Shown here: piece by piece, positions 50,920 through 61,850 of the stretch
Position numbering within the stretch: the stretch's first letter is position 1
Layout: every line of letters begins with the position of its first letter
Source: Alphaproteobacteria bacterium
GTDB lineage: Bacteria > Pseudomonadota > Alphaproteobacteria > SP197
Direction: 5' to 3'
Length of the DNA stretch: 64,000 nucleotides
Assembly: GCA_965228895.1 (NCBI GenBank)
Contig: OZ245842.1
Coordinates: 1,920,001 to 1,984,000, forward strand
Notes under the pieces: model-generated
The model's database searches: none
The model's input: only the letters and a program-made list of their open reading frames with translations
What the model was told of the DNA's origin: nothing
Translations under genes and position numbers: made by a program

Positions 50920-51156
50920 ATGCCCCGTCGCGTGATGCAAGGCGTGGTGACCAGCAAGTCCGGCGACAAGACCGTTGTGGTCAATGTCGAGCGCCGGGTT
51001 TTGCACCCGCTCTATAAGAAGATTATTCGCCGGTCGAAACGCTACCACGCGCACGACGAACAGAACGCCTATAAGCCGGGCGATAGCGTGCGCATCGAGG
51101 AATGCCGGCCGATGTCGAAGTTGAAGCGCTGGACCGTCGTTTCCGACGGCGCCTGA
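50920..51156 (+). CDS. rpsQ: 30S ribosomal protein S17
   Basis: [29 protein letters not shown]. Confidence 0.98.
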   Translation: MPRRVMQGVVTSKSGDKTVVVNVERRVLHPLYKKIIRRSKRYHAHDEQNAYKPGDSVRIEECRPMSKLKRWTVVSDGA

Positions 51157-51184
51157 GCACGCGTAGTAAGTTGAGGACACGCCG

Positions 51185-51553
51185 ATGATCCAACAAGAAA
51201 CCAACCTGATGGTGGCCGACAATTCCGGTGCCAAACGCGTGCAGTGCATCAAGGTGCTGGGCGGCTCAAAGCGCAAGACGGCAACAATCGGCGACGTCAT
51301 CATCGTGTCCGTGAAGCAGGCCGACCCCGGTCGTACGGTGAAGAAGGGTGAAGTCGTGCGCGCCGTGATCGTGCGCACCGCCAAGGAGATCCGGCGGGCC
51401 GATGGCAGCGCCATTCGCTTCGACCGCAACGCCGCGGTGCTGATCAACAAGCAGAATGAGCCGATCGGTACGCGTATCTTCGGCCCGGTGACCCGTGAGC
51501 TGCGGTCGAAGAACTTCATGAAGATCATTTCGCTGGCGCCGGAGGTGCTTTAG
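51185..51553 (+). CDS. rplN: 50S ribosomal protein L14
   Basis: [26 protein letters not shown]. Confidence 0.99.
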   Translation: MIQQETNLMVADNSGAKRVQCIKVLGGSKRKTATIGDVIIVSVKQADPGRTVKKGEVVRAVIVRTAKEIRRADGSAIRFDRNAAVLINKQNEPIGTRIFGPVTRELRSKNFMKIISLAPEVL

Positions 51554-51877
51554 GTGGCAACGAAGCAGAGAATCAAAAAAGGCGACAAGGTCATCGTCCT
51601 GGCCGGCCGTGATCGCGGCCGTGAAGGCGAAGTCCTGAAGATGTTCCCGGACGAGGACCGCGCCATCGTGAATGGCGTCAACATGGTGCGCCGGCACACG
51701 CGGCCGTCGCCTCAGGACCCCGGCGGCATAGTCGATAAGGAACTGCCGATCCATGTCTCCAACCTCGCGGTTGCCGATCCCAAGGACGGCAAGGCGACGC
51801 GGGTCGGCTTTAAGCGGCTTGAAGACGGCAGAAAGGTGCGCGTGGCGCGCCGCTCTGGCGAAGTCATTGATACGTAA
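51554..51877 (+). CDS. rplX: 50S ribosomal protein L24
   Basis: [22 protein letters not shown]. Confidence 0.98.
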   Translation: MATKQRIKKGDKVIVLAGRDRGREGEVLKMFPDEDRAIVNGVNMVRRHTRPSPQDPGGIVDKELPIHVSNLAVADPKDGKATRVGFKRLEDGRKVRVARRSGEVIDT

Positions 51878-51891
51878 GAAGGATTTTTGAG

Positions 51892-52446
51892 ATGGCCTCC
51901 GTAAGGCTTCATCAGCACTACAACGACACGATCCTGCCCGCGCTGGTCGAAAAGTTCTCGTACAAGAACACGATGCAGGCGCCGAAGCTGGAGAAGATCG
52001 TGGTCAACATGGGCGTCGGTGACGGTGTCACGGATTCCAAGACCGTCGACAAGGCGGCCGAGGATCTGACCCAGATCGCCGGTCAGCGTGCCGTGGTGAC
52101 GCGGGCCAAGAAGTCGGTCGCAACGTTCAAGCTGCGCGAAGGCATGCCGGTCGGCTGCAAGGTCACCTTGCGTGGCGAACGCATGTACGAGTTCTTGGAT
52201 CGCCTGATCACGATCGCGCTGCCGCGTGTGCGTGACTTCCGTGGCGTCAGCCCGAAGAGTTTCGATGGCCGCGGCAACTACGCCATGGGCCTGAAGGAAC
52301 AGATCGTGTTTCCGGAGATCAACTACGACCAGGTCGACAAGATCCGTGGTCTCGACATCATCATTTGCACGACGGCGCAAAGCGACGAGGAAGCCTATGA
52401 GCTGCTCGACGGTTTTCAGATGCCGTTCGTCAAACCTGAAGCCTGA
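51892..52446 (+). CDS. rplE: 50S ribosomal protein L5
   Basis: [28 protein letters not shown]. Confidence 0.99.
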   Translation: MASVRLHQHYNDTILPALVEKFSYKNTMQAPKLEKIVVNMGVGDGVTDSKTVDKAAEDLTQIAGQRAVVTRAKKSVATFKLREGMPVGCKVTLRGERMYEFLDRLITIALPRVRDFRGVSPKSFDGRGNYAMGLKEQIVFPEINYDQVDKIRGLDIIICTTAQSDEEAYELLDGFQMPFVKPEA

Positions 52447-52462
52447 GGGTTAGGAAGAAGCT

Positions 52463-52768
52463 ATGGCCAAAAAGAGTGCCATCGAAAAGAACAAGCGTCG
52501 CCAGCGGCTGGTCAAGCGCTATGCCGCCAAGCGGGCCCGGTTGCTGGCAATCGCCAACAACCGCGAACTGCCGATGGAAGAGCGTTTCCAGGCGCGCCTG
52601 GCGCTGGCGCAGATGCCGCGCAACGCCTCGCCGGTCAGGGTCAAGAACCGCTGCGGCGTCACCGGACGTCCGCGCGGCTATCACCGCAAGCTCAACATGT
52701 CGCGTATCGCGCTGAGGGAACTTGCCTCTGAAGGCAAGATCCCCGGCATGGTCAAGTCGAGCTGGTAA
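52463..52768 (+). CDS. rpsN: 30S ribosomal protein S14 (Zn-independent long form)
   Basis: [22 protein letters not shown]. Confidence 0.98.
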   Translation: MAKKSAIEKNKRRQRLVKRYAAKRARLLAIANNRELPMEERFQARLALAQMPRNASPVRVKNRCGVTGRPRGYHRKLNMSRIALRELASEGKIPGMVKSSW

Positions 52769-52780
52769 GGAGGGCACGCG

Positions 52781-53179
52781 ATGTCTATGACAGATCCGCT
52801 CGGCGATATGCTGACACGCATTCGCAACGGTCACTTGAGGCGCAAGGCGGCGGTGAACTGCCCGGCGTCGAAGCTGAAGGAGAACGTGCTTGAGGTGCTC
52901 AAGCGCGAGGGCTACATCCGTGACTTCCGCAAGGAAGAGACCGAGCCGAAGAAACCGCAGCTGGTCATCGAGCTGAAGTATTACGAAGGCGAGCCGGTGA
53001 TTCGTGAAATCGGCCGGATTTCGACGCCTGGCCGACGTGTTTACTCCGGCGCCCGCAACATGCCGCGTGTTTATGGCGGTCTTGGCGTTGCCATCGTGTC
53101 GACACCGCGCGGTGTCATGACCGATCACGAGGCGCGCGCGACAAATGTGGGCGGCGAAGTGCTTTGCCGCGTCTTTTGA
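52781..53179 (+). CDS. rpsH: 30S ribosomal protein S8
   Basis: [28 protein letters not shown]. Confidence 0.99.
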   Translation: MSMTDPLGDMLTRIRNGHLRRKAAVNCPASKLKENVLEVLKREGYIRDFRKEETEPKKPQLVIELKYYEGEPVIREIGRISTPGRRVYSGARNMPRVYGGLGVAIVSTPRGVMTDHEARATNVGGEVLCRVF

Positions 53180-53213
53180 TCGCGGCCAAAGAGGACTAGA
53201 CGAGGAATAGACG

Positions 53214-53747
53214 ATGTCACGAGTTGGCAAGAACCCGATCACCATTCCCGACGGCGTCACGGTTGACGTGGCCGCCGACGCGATCACGGTGAAAGGCAAG
53301 AAGGGCGAACTGAGCCGACAGTTGCTGGCCGACGTGTCGGTTGCCGTTGAGGACAACAAGGTCGTCATTAAGCCGATGTCGGAATCGAAGTTCGCGCGCT
53401 CTTTATGGGGCACCATGCGCAGCAACATCGAGGCCATGATCACCGGCGTCTCCGATGGTTATTCGCGAGAGCTGGAGATCCAGGGCGTCGGTTACCGCGC
53501 GCAGATTCAGGGCAAGACCCTGCGCCTGCAGCTTGGTTTCAGCCACGATGTCGAGTTTCCGATTCCCGACGGCGTGACCATCGAGTGCCCGAGCCAGGTG
53601 CAGGTCGTCGTGTCGGGTGCCGATAAACAGCAGGTTGGCCAGGTCGCGTCCAACATTCGCGGCTATCGTCCGCCGGAGCCCTACAAGGGCAAGGGCGTGC
53701 GCTACAAGGGCGAGTACGTGCTCCGCAAGGAAGGCAAGAAGAAGTAG
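53214..53747 (+). CDS. rplF: 50S ribosomal protein L6
   Basis: [27 protein letters not shown]. Confidence 0.99.
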   Translation: MSRVGKNPITIPDGVTVDVAADAITVKGKKGELSRQLLADVSVAVEDNKVVIKPMSESKFARSLWGTMRSNIEAMITGVSDGYSRELEIQGVGYRAQIQGKTLRLQLGFSHDVEFPIPDGVTIECPSQVQVVVSGADKQQVGQVASNIRGYRPPEPYKGKGVRYKGEYVLRKEGKKK

Positions 53748-53755
53748 GTGATGAG

Positions 53756-54118
53756 ATGAAATCGGCGAACCATCTATTCCAGCGGCGGCGGAGCCGCGTT
53801 CGTGCGCGTCTGCGCCGTGAATCGACCGGGAAACCGCGTCTGTCGGTCAACCGCTCGGGCATGCACATCTATGTGCAGGTGATCGACGATCTGGCCGGTC
53901 ATACGCTGGCCTCCGCGTCGAGCCTGGAAAAAGACGTGCGCGCCCAGGGTAAGTCCGGCGCCAACATCGAAGCGGCGGCGGCGGTTGGCAAGCTGATCGC
54001 CGAACGCGCGACGGCGGCCGGTGTCACCGACGTCGTGTTCGATCGCGGCGGTTATCGTTATCACGGCCGGGTCAAGGCCCTGGCCGACGCCGCCCGTGAG
54101 GGCGGCCTCAAGTTTTAG
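53756..54118 (+). CDS. rplR: 50S ribosomal protein L18
   Basis: [40 protein letters not shown]. Confidence 0.99.
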   Translation: MKSANHLFQRRRSRVRARLRRESTGKPRLSVNRSGMHIYVQVIDDLAGHTLASASSLEKDVRAQGKSGANIEAAAAVGKLIAERATAAGVTDVVFDRGGYRYHGRVKALADAAREGGLKF

Positions 54119-54136
54119 GCGAAGGGTAGGATAGAG

Positions 54137-54721
54137 ATGGCAATGGCAGGTCGAGATCGCGGCGGACAGCGCGGCGGCCAACGTGGCCAGCGCGGTGGTG
54201 ACCGCGATGCGGAAGCCAACGAGTTTCTAGAGAAGCTCGTCAGCATCAACCGTGTTGCAAAGGTGGTGAAAGGCGGCCGTCGTTTCGGCTTCGCCGCGAT
54301 CGTTGTCGTCGGCGACCAGAAAGGCCGTGTTGGCCATGGCGCCGGCAAGGCACGTGAAGTGCCCGAGGCAATCCGTAAGGCAACCGAGCAGGCCAAACGC
54401 AACATGGTCCGTGTGCCGCTGCGCGAAGGCCGCACCCTGCACCATGATGTGAAGGGCCGTTTCGGTGCGGGCAAGGTGATCCTGCGTTCGGCGCCTCCAG
54501 GCACCGGCATCATCGCCGGCGGACCCATGCGCGCGGTGTTCGAGGCCTTGGGTGCCCAGGACGTCGTCTGCAAGTCGACCGGCAGCGGCAACCCGCATAA
54601 CGTGATCAAGGCGACGTTCGATGCGTTGGGCCGCACACTTGCGCCCCGTGCCGTCGCCTCCAAGCGCAACAAAAAAGTGAACGAGGTGTTGGGTCGCAAC
54701 ACCGAGTACGCGGAGGCCTAA
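54137..54721 (+). CDS. rpsE: 30S ribosomal protein S5
   Basis: [24 protein letters not shown]. Confidence 0.99.
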   Translation: MAMAGRDRGGQRGGQRGQRGGDRDAEANEFLEKLVSINRVAKVVKGGRRFGFAAIVVVGDQKGRVGHGAGKAREVPEAIRKATEQAKRNMVRVPLREGRTLHHDVKGRFGAGKVILRSAPPGTGIIAGGPMRAVFEALGAQDVVCKSTGSGNPHNVIKATFDALGRTLAPRAVASKRNKKVNEVLGRNTEYAEA

Positions 54722-54724
54722 GTC

Positions 54725-54922
54725 ATGGCGAAAGCCAGCTCAGGAAAAAAAGTGCGGGTGACCCAGATTGGCAGCCCGATTGGCCGGCCCAAGGACCAGC
54801 GTCAAACGTTGGTCGGGTTGGGGCTGAACAAGCTGCACCGTTCACGCGAGCTTGAGGATACGCCCGCCGTGCGCGGCATGATCGACAAGGTGTCTCATTT
54901 GGTGCGTTGCGAAGACGTCTGA
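54725..54922 (+). CDS. rpmD: 50S ribosomal protein L30
   Basis: [30 protein letters not shown]. Confidence 0.98.
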   Translation: MAKASSGKKVRVTQIGSPIGRPKDQRQTLVGLGLNKLHRSRELEDTPAVRGMIDKVSHLVRCEDV

Positions 54923-54951
54923 CGCACCCGATATTAGAGAGCAATAAAGTC

Positions 54952-55446
54952 ATGAAACTCAACGATATCCGCGATAACGCCGGCGCCACCCATGCCCGCA
55001 AGCGCAAGGGCCGTGGTATCGGTTCGGGCCTGGGTAAAACGGCCGGGCGGGGCCATAAGGGCCAGAAATCACGCAGCGGCGTGGCACTTGCCACGTTCGA
55101 GGGCGGTCAGATGCCGATCTATCGTCGTCTGCCGCGGCGCGGTTTCCATAACCCGTCGGCAAAGTCCTATGCGGAGGTCAACCTGGACCGCCTGCAGCAG
55201 GCGATTGACGACAAGAAGCTCGACGCCGGAAAGCCGATCGACGCCGATGCCCTGAAGGCAGCCGGTTTGATCCGTCGAGAACTTGATGGCGTGCGTGTCC
55301 TGGCCCGCGGCGCGTTGACGGCGAAGGTTGAGCTCCACGTTTCTGGCGCCAGCAAGAACGCCGTCGCGGCGATCGAGAAGGCCGGTGGTTCGGTGACGTT
55401 GAAAACGCCGCCGGCGGCCAAAACCGAGGAGAAGCCGGCCAAGTGA
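54952..55446 (+). CDS. rplO: 50S ribosomal protein L15
   Basis: [29 protein letters not shown]. Confidence 0.98.
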   Translation: MKLNDIRDNAGATHARKRKGRGIGSGLGKTAGRGHKGQKSRSGVALATFEGGQMPIYRRLPRRGFHNPSAKSYAEVNLDRLQQAIDDKKLDAGKPIDADALKAAGLIRRELDGVRVLARGALTAKVELHVSGASKNAVAAIEKAGGSVTLKTPPAAKTEEKPAK

Positions 55447-55468
55447 ACGGCCGGTAAGGGAGCCCTGA

Positions 55469-56812
55469 ATGGCATCTGCGGCTGACCAACTCGCCAGCAA
55501 TCTGAATTTCTCCGCCTTCGGCAAGGCGACGGAACTGAAAAAGCGCCTGTGGTTCACCCTGGGCGCTTTAATCATCTATCGTCTGGGCACCTATATTCCG
55601 ATTCCCGGTATCGATCCGGCCATCTTGAACGACATCTTCCAGCAGCAGGCCGGCGGCGTGCTGTCGATGTTCAACATGTTCTCCGGCGGCGCGCTGGAGC
55701 GCATGACGATCTTTGCCTTGAACGTCATGCCCTATATCTCGGCGTCGATCATCATGCAGTTGATGACGACGGTGTCGCCGGCGCTCGAGCAGATGAAAAA
55801 AGAAGGCGAGTCCGGCCGCAAGAAGATGAACCAGTACACGCGCTACCTGACGGTGCTGCTGTGTATTGTTCAAGGTTACGGCATAGCGGTCGGCCTGGAG
55901 GCGATGACCGGCAGTTCTGGTTCCGCTGTCATTGACCCCGGTTACTTCTTCCGTTTCACGACTGTCGTGACCCTGGTCGGCGGCACCATGTTCCTGCTGT
56001 GGCTGGGCGAGCAGATCACCCAGCGCGGCGTCGGCAACGGCGTTTCGCTGATCATCTTCGCCGGTATCGTGGCGATGTTCCCGTCGGCGATCGCGCAGAT
56101 CCTGGAACTGGGCCGCATCGGCGCGATGTCGGCTTTCGCTATCATGGCGATCCTGGTCAGCCTGATCCTGCTGTTCGGCTTCATTGTTTTCATGGAGCGG
56201 GCCCAGCGGCGCATCATCGTCCAGTATCCGAAACGCCAAGTCGGCAACCGCATGTTCAGCGGCGAAAGCTCGCACCTGCCGCTGAAGCTCAACACGTCCG
56301 GCGTTATCCCGGTGATTTTTGCCAGCTCGATCCTGCTGATGCCGGTGACTTTGGCCAGCTTCTCGGCCGTTGGCGGACCTGAATGGCTGCAGGAAATGAC
56401 GCTTTTGCTGCGTCGCGGCGGAATTCTGTACCTCTCGCTCTATGCGGCAGGCATCGTCTTCTTCTGTTTCTTCTATACGTCGATCGTCTTTAACCCGGCC
56501 GATACGGCGGACAACCTGAAGAAACACGGCGGCTTTGTTCCGGGCATCCGTCCGGGCAAGAACACGGCGGAATACCTGGACTATGTGCTGACCCGCCTGA
56601 CCACGGTCGGCGCGATCTATCTGACCGCGGTCGCCGTGGTGCCGGAGTTCTTCATCGGCAACTCGGCGGTGCCGTTCCTGCTTGGCGGCACGTCGTTGCT
56701 GATCACGGTCACGGTGGCGATGGATACGATCAGTCAGATCCAATCGCACCTTTTGGCGCACCAGTACGAGGGCCTGATCAAAAAGGCCAAGCTGAAGGGG
56801 CGGCGAGGATGA
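55469..56812 (+). CDS. secY: Preprotein translocase subunit SecY
   Basis: [40 protein letters not shown]. Confidence 0.99.
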   Translation: MASAADQLASNLNFSAFGKATELKKRLWFTLGALIIYRLGTYIPIPGIDPAILNDIFQQQAGGVLSMFNMFSGGALERMTIFALNVMPYISASIIMQLMTTVSPALEQMKKEGESGRKKMNQYTRYLTVLLCIVQGYGIAVGLEAMTGSSGSAVIDPGYFFRFTTVVTLVGGTMFLLWLGEQITQRGVGNGVSLIIFAGIVAMFPSAIAQILELGRIGAMSAFAIMAILVSLILLFGFIVFMERAQRRIIVQYPKRQVGNRMFSGESSHLPLKLNTSGVIPVIFASSILLMPVTLASFSAVGGPEWLQEMTLLLRRGGILYLSLYAAGIVFFCFFYTSIVFNPADTADNLKKHGGFVPGIRPGKNTAEYLDYVLTRLTTVGAIYLTAVAVVPEFFIGNSAVPFLLGGTSLLITVTVAMDTISQIQSHLLAHQYEGLIKKAKLKGRRG

Positions 56813-57480
56813 AGTTGATCCTGTTGGGCCCGCCCGGTGCCGGTAAAGGCACCCAGGCGCGCCGGATTATGGACGCCCACGGCATACCGCAACTCTCGAC
56901 CGGCGATATGTTGCGCGCGGCGGTCGCCGAAGGCACCGAGATGGGCAAGATGGCCAAGGAGATCATGGATCGCGGCGAACTGGTGTCAGACGACATCATC
57001 GTCGGCATGATTTCCGATCGCATCGACCAGCCCGACTGCGACAATGGGTTCATTCTGGACGGTTTTCCGCGCTCCGAAGCCCAGGCCCAGGCGCTTGACC
57101 GCATGCTGGCGGAGCGCGGGCTGGCGCTGGACTGCGTGATCGAGATGCAGGTCGACGATGAGGCCCTTGTCGAGCGGCTAACCGGCCGGTTTACCTGCGC
57201 CAAGTGCGGGGCCGGGTATCACGACAAGTTTCAGCAACCAAAAATTGCAGGCGTCTGTGATGTCTGCGGCGGCACGGAGTTCACCCGCCGCGCTGACGAC
57301 AACGAAGAGACGTTGCGTTCGCGCCTGACCGTCTATCACAGTCAGACAGCGCCGCTTTTGCCCTATTATCAAGGACATGGCGTGCTTCGTTCCGTCGACG
57401 GCATGGCCGATATCGACGAGGTGACCCGCCAGATCGAGGCGGTTTTGAATTCGTGCGGTGGAGGGGGCGGCAATGATTGA
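56809..57480 (+). CDS. adk: Adenylate kinase
   Basis: [24 protein letters not shown]; LID with CxxC-x16-CxxC. Confidence 0.99.
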   Translation: MKLILLGPPGAGKGTQARRIMDAHGIPQLSTGDMLRAAVAEGTEMGKMAKEIMDRGELVSDDIIVGMISDRIDQPDCDNGFILDGFPRSEAQAQALDRMLAERGLALDCVIEMQVDDEALVERLTGRFTCAKCGAGYHDKFQQPKIAGVCDVCGGTEFTRRADDNEETLRSRLTVYHSQTAPLLPYYQGHGVLRSVDGMADIDEVTRQIEAVLNSCGGGGGND

Positions 57481-57504
57481 CTCGTTGGCCGCGATGCCTA
57501 TACT
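57477..57504 (+). promoter_or_regulatory. sigma70 promoter of the alpha (rpsM) operon, overlapping the adk stop codon
   Basis: TTGACT-N16-TATACT followed by a GC-rich discriminator. Confidence 0.7.
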
Positions 57505-57570
57505 CCGCCGCGATCCCGGAAACCGGAGCGGTTTTGCCGGCTCTTTTGCTTTGCCTGAGGAGAGGTAACT

Positions 57571-57939
57571 TTGGCACGTATTGCTGGTGTCAATATTCCG
57601 ACCAATAAACGCGTCGAAGTTGCGCTGACCTATATCCACGGTATCGGTCGCACGACAGCGAAGCAGGTCTGCGCCAACGCCCAGATTCCTGCGGCGCGCC
57701 GCGTCAACGAGCTGACAGACGCCGAGGTCGGCCAGATCCGTGAGATCATCGATTCGAGCTTGGTCGTCGAAGGCGACCTGAGGCGCGAAGTCGCCATGAA
57801 CATCAAACGTTTGATGGACATGGGCTGTAACCGTGGCATTCGTCACCGCAAGGGTCTGCCGGTGCGCGGCCAGAACACCCACAACAATGCGCGAACCCGC
57901 AAGGGCAAAGCGCGGCCGGTCGCCGGTAAGAAGAAGTAG
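57571..57939 (+). CDS. rpsM: 30S ribosomal protein S13
   Basis: TTG start; [32 protein letters not shown]. Confidence 0.98.
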   Translation: MARIAGVNIPTNKRVEVALTYIHGIGRTTAKQVCANAQIPAARRVNELTDAEVGQIREIIDSSLVVEGDLRREVAMNIKRLMDMGCNRGIRHRKGLPVRGQNTHNNARTRKGKARPVAGKKK

Positions 57940-57946
57940 GAGCGTC

Positions 57947-58336
57947 ATGGCTCGGGAAGCAACACGCGTCAGGCGGCGCGAGCGCAAGAACATCACGTCG
58001 GGCGTGGCGCATGTGAACGCCTCGTTCAACAATACGACGGTCACCATCGCGGACGCCCAAGGCAACGCGATCTCGTGGTCGTCGGCCGGATCCATGGGTT
58101 TCAAAGGGTCGCGCAAGTCGACTCCCTATGCCGCACAGATGGCCGCCGAAGACGCCGGCCGCAAGGCGATGGATCACGGCATGCAGACGCTTGAAGTCCG
58201 GGTCAAGGGCCCGGGATCAGGTCGTGAGTCGGCGCTACGCGCGCTGTCGGCGATCGGCTTCAACATTACGGCCATCCAGGACGTAACGCCGATCCCGCAT
58301 AACGGCTGCCGTCCGCGCAAGCGTCGCCGCGTCTAG
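57947..58336 (+). CDS. rpsK: 30S ribosomal protein S11
   Basis: [32 protein letters not shown]. Confidence 0.99.
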   Translation: MAREATRVRRRERKNITSGVAHVNASFNNTTVTIADAQGNAISWSSAGSMGFKGSRKSTPYAAQMAAEDAGRKAMDHGMQTLEVRVKGPGSGRESALRALSAIGFNITAIQDVTPIPHNGCRPRKRRRV

Positions 58337-58467
58337 CACCCCTTAGGGTGCGCCGATCGCTGGGGCGCGGTCGGGCGTGACAACCGGATTACCGATGGCC
58401 GGGCGCAAAGCGTCTGGCCCATGCCGTCACATAAGGCGGCATTACACAAATGAGGTCGTCTCTAGCG

Positions 58468-59484
58468 ATGAACAGAAACTGGCAAGCACTGATCAAACCG
58501 AACAAGCTGCAGATCGAGCCTGGCATCGATGCCTCGCGTGAAGCGACCATCGTAGCCGAGCCGCTGGAGCGTGGCTTCGGCCTGACATTGGGCAACGCGC
58601 TGCGCCGCGTTCTCCTATCCTCGCTGCAGGGTGCAGCGGTGACGTCGATCCAGATCAACAACGTCCTGCATGAGTTCTCGTCGATCACCGGCGTGCATGA
58701 AGACGTGACCGACATCGTCTTGAACATCAAGTCGATGGCGCTGCGCATGTATGCCGAAGGGCCCAAGCGCATGTCGCTGAAGGCCAAGGGCCCGGGCGCG
58801 GTGACCGCGTCGATGATCGAGACCGGCCCGGACATCGAGATTATGGACCCTGACCACGTCATCTGCACCCTGGACGGCGATGCGGATCTGAACATGGAGT
58901 TCACGGTCGAGCTCGGCAAAGGCTACGTACCGGCGGCCCAGAACCGGCCGGACGACGCGCCGATCGGCCTGATCCCGGTCGATGCGATCTATAGCCCGGT
59001 GCGCAAGGTTGCCTACAAGGTCGAGAACAGCCGTGTCGGGCAGGTCACCGACTACGACAAGCTGGCGATGACCGTCGACACCAATGGCGCGGTGACGCCG
59101 GAGGATGCGGTCGCGCTTGCGGCGCGTATTCTGCAGGACCAGTTGCAGCTTTTCATCAACTTCGAAGAGCCGGAAGTGCGTGTCGAGCGCGAGGAAGCGG
59201 CCGAGCCCGAGTTCAACGCCAACCTGCTGCGCAAGGTCGACGAGCTCGAACTGTCGGTGCGGTCGGCCAACTGTCTGAAGAACGACAACATCGTCTATAT
59301 CGGCGATCTCGTGCAGAAGACCGAAGCCGAAATGCTGCGCACGCCGAACTTCGGCCGCAAGTCGCTCAACGAGATCAAGGATGTTCTCTCGCAGATGGGC
59401 CTGCATCTCGGCATGAAGATCCCGGACTGGCCGCCGGAAAACATCGAGGAGCTCGCCAAGAAGCTCGAGGACCCCTTTAACTGA
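58468..59484 (+). CDS. rpoA: RNA polymerase alpha subunit
   Basis: [45 protein letters not shown]. Confidence 0.99.
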   Translation: MNRNWQALIKPNKLQIEPGIDASREATIVAEPLERGFGLTLGNALRRVLLSSLQGAAVTSIQINNVLHEFSSITGVHEDVTDIVLNIKSMALRMYAEGPKRMSLKAKGPGAVTASMIETGPDIEIMDPDHVICTLDGDADLNMEFTVELGKGYVPAAQNRPDDAPIGLIPVDAIYSPVRKVAYKVENSRVGQVTDYDKLAMTVDTNGAVTPEDAVALAARILQDQLQLFINFEEPEVRVEREEAAEPEFNANLLRKVDELELSVRSANCLKNDNIVYIGDLVQKTEAEMLRTPNFGRKSLNEIKDVLSQMGLHLGMKIPDWPPENIEELAKKLEDPFN

Positions 59485-59514
59485 TCCGGCGCCGCCGGAC
59501 ATCAGGAGACCGCC

Positions 59515-59943
59515 ATGCGACACCGTAACGCCGGACGCAAGCTCAACCGAACCAGTGCCCACAGAAAGGCGCTGTTGATCAACATGGCCCAGGCTTTGGT
59601 CAAGCACGAGCAGATCAAGACGACCCTGCCCAAGGCCAAGGAGCTTGCGCCCTATACCGAGAAGCTGATCACGCTTGCCAAGCGCGGCGACCTGCATGCC
59701 CGCCGTCAGGCCTATGTCAAGATCGCCGACGACGCCATGGTGGCCAAGCTGTTCGATGTGTTGGCCGAGCGCTATCAGGACCGCGCTGGCGGCTACACGC
59801 GGGTGCTGAAGGCGGGTTTCCGTTATGGCGACGACGCGCCGATGGCGATCATCGAGCTGGTCGACCGCGACGAAGACGCCAAGGGGCAGGATTCCGGCCC
59901 GACCCAGTTTGAAGACGATGAGGATGAGGAAGTGGCCGCATAA
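59515..59943 (+). CDS. rplQ: 50S ribosomal protein L17
   Basis: [26 protein letters not shown]. Confidence 0.99.
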   Translation: MRHRNAGRKLNRTSAHRKALLINMAQALVKHEQIKTTLPKAKELAPYTEKLITLAKRGDLHARRQAYVKIADDAMVAKLFDVLAERYQDRAGGYTRVLKAGFRYGDDAPMAIIELVDRDEDAKGQDSGPTQFEDDEDEEVAA

Positions 59944-59970
59944 GGCCTCGACCTCACCAAAAGACCTTGC

Positions 59971-59998
59971 AAAGGGCGGCTGTCATGCCGCCCTTTCT
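59971..59998. terminator. Terminator-like hairpin after rplQ
   Basis: AAAGGGCGGC-TGTCAT-GCCGCCCTTT, a perfect 10-bp stem. Confidence 0.7.
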
Positions 59999-60032
59999 AT
60001 ATCCTGCCCTTCGGCTCCACGCCGATCCGCTC

Positions 60033-60159
60033 TCGATCGGATCGCAGATTGATGGAACAACCAATCTGCGTGAATCCGATCGACTTCAATGAGATAGAGC
60101 AGATTCACCCATCTTGATTTCATCGCGAAGCGATTCAATCAAAATGGGATCTGCTCTAG
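60033..60159. repeat. Double-hairpin palindromic intergenic element (CIR/RIME/MITE-like)
   Basis: Hairpin 1: TCGATCGGAT-CGCAGATTG / CAATCTGCG-(TGA)-ATCCGATCGA. Hairpin 2: TAGAGCAGAT..CCCATCTTGATT..ATCGC-GAA-GCGAT..AATCAAAATGGG-ATCTGCTCTA. Three GANTC sites. Confidence 0.7.
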
Positions 60160-60168
60160 ACTGAGACG

Positions 60169-61470
60169 ATGGCGACGCTGTTTGAATCCCAGGCTCCGAG
60201 GCCGCTTGCCGACCGGTTGAGACCGGAGACGCTTGAGCAGGTGGTCGGGCAGGATCATCTGCTCGATCCCGACGCGCCGCTTGGCCGTATGGTCGCCAAG
60301 GGCCGGCTTGTGTCGCTTATCCTGTGGGGACCGCCGGGGTCGGGCAAGACGACCATCGCCCGTCTGCTGGCCGACAAGACCGACTTGGCATTCGAGCCGA
60401 TTTCGGCTGTCTTTGCCGGCGTCGCCGACCTGCGCAAAGTCTTCGAGCGCGCCCGCGCCCGGCGTCAGGACGGGCGAGGTACCTTGCTGTTCGTCGACGA
60501 GATCCACCGCTTCAACAAGGCCCAACAGGACGCGCTTCTGCCGTTTGTCGAGGATGGCACCGTGGTCCTGGTCGGTGCGACGACGGAGAACCCGTCGTTC
60601 GAGGTTAACGCTGCACTGACGTCGCGCTGTCAGGTTCTGGTCCTCAATCGCTTGGACGCCGCCGCTCTGGACGATCTTCTCCGGCGTGCCGAGGCGGACA
60701 CCGGGAACACGCTGCCACTGGACGCTGACGCGCGCGATGCGCTGAAGGACATGGCCGATGGTGATGGGCGCTTTTTGCTCAACATGGCCGAGGAATTGTT
60801 GGCGCTGGAGCCTGGCAAGACGATCGATCGCGCCCAGTTGGCCGACGTCGTCCAGCGGCGGGTGCCGATCTACGACAAGGCGGACGAGGGGCACTACAAC
60901 CTGATCAGCGCGCTGCACAAGTCGGTGCGTGGCTCCGATCCCGACGCCTCGCTTTATTGGCTGGCGCGCATGCTCGACGCCGGTGAAGACCCACTTTATG
61001 TCGCGCGGCGCATCGTGCGCATGGCGATCGAAGACATCGGCATGGCCGACCCCCAGGCGCTGGCGCAGTGTATTGCCGCCAAGGACACATACGTTTTTCT
61101 GGGCTCGCCGGAAGGCGAATTGGCACTGGCCCAAGCGGTGATCTATTGCGCGACCGCGCCCAAATCGAACGCTGCCTACAAGGCCTATGGCGCGGCACGG
61201 CGTAGCGCCCGGGAGCACGGGTCCCTGACACCGCCGAAGCATATCCTGAATGCGCCAACAAAGATGATGAAGGAGATGGGTTACGGCGCGAACTATGACT
61301 ACGACCACGACGCGCCGGACGCGTTTTCCGGCCAGGACTACTTCCCCGACGAGATGACGCGCGAGCGCTACTACGCCCCGGTCGAGAGGGGCTTCGAACG
61401 CGAGGTCGCCAAGCGCCTGGAGTACTGGGCAAAGCTGCGCGACAAACGCGGCGCCGGGGGCGGCACGTGA
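60169..61470 (+). CDS. rarA: Replication-associated recombination protein A (MgsA/RarA AAA+ ATPase)
   Basis: [55 protein letters not shown]. Confidence 0.97.
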   Translation: MATLFESQAPRPLADRLRPETLEQVVGQDHLLDPDAPLGRMVAKGRLVSLILWGPPGSGKTTIARLLADKTDLAFEPISAVFAGVADLRKVFERARARRQDGRGTLLFVDEIHRFNKAQQDALLPFVEDGTVVLVGATTENPSFEVNAALTSRCQVLVLNRLDAAALDDLLRRAEADTGNTLPLDADARDALKDMADGDGRFLLNMAEELLALEPGKTIDRAQLADVVQRRVPIYDKADEGHYNLISALHKSVRGSDPDASLYWLARMLDAGEDPLYVARRIVRMAIEDIGMADPQALAQCIAAKDTYVFLGSPEGELALAQAVIYCATAPKSNAAYKAYGAARRSAREHGSLTPPKHILNAPTKMMKEMGYGANYDYDHDAPDAFSGQDYFPDEMTRERYYAPVERGFEREVAKRLEYWAKLRDKRGAGGGT

Positions 61471-61850
61471 TCAAGATGCTGCTGCTCGTCGCGCTCGGCG
61501 GGGCCTTGGGCGCCGTCGGCCGCTATCTGACGATTGCCGGCGTCGGCGCGGTCACCGGGTTTGGGTTCCCGTTCGGTACACTTGTGGTCAACGTCGTCGG
61601 TTCCTTCGTCCTGGGCGTTTTGGCCGAAAGCATGACGCTCGTCTGGTCGCCGTCCGCTGAGTTGCGCGCCATGCTGGTTGTCGGCGTACTCGGCGCCTAC
61701 ACGACCTTCTCGACCTTTTCGCTTGATGTCGTGATGCAGCTTGAGCGCGGCAATTTCGTCGGCGCTGCTCTTTACATCCTGTCATCGGTGTCGCTCTGCG
61801 TTCTCGGCCTTTATGCCGGCATGCGGCTGATGCGTCTGGTACTGACGTGA
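61467..61850 (+). CDS. crcB: Fluoride efflux channel FluC/CrcB
   Basis: GGALGAVGRY, FPFGTLVVNVVGSF, GVLGAYTTFSTFS. Confidence 0.96.
   Translation: MIKMLLLVALGGALGAVGRYLTIAGVGAVTGFGFPFGTLVVNVVGSFVLGVLAESMTLVWSPSAELRAMLVVGVLGAYTTFSTFSLDVVMQLERGNFVGAALYILSSVSLCVLGLYAGMRLMRLVLT

Noticed and set aside
56809-59943. Absence of rpmJ, infA, map and rpsD from the spc/alpha operons
   Set aside because: Normal for Alphaproteobacteria.
61400-61470. Fluoride riboswitch upstream of crcB
   Set aside because: crcB overlaps the rarA stop (GTGA), leaving no leader, and I saw no riboswitch motif.
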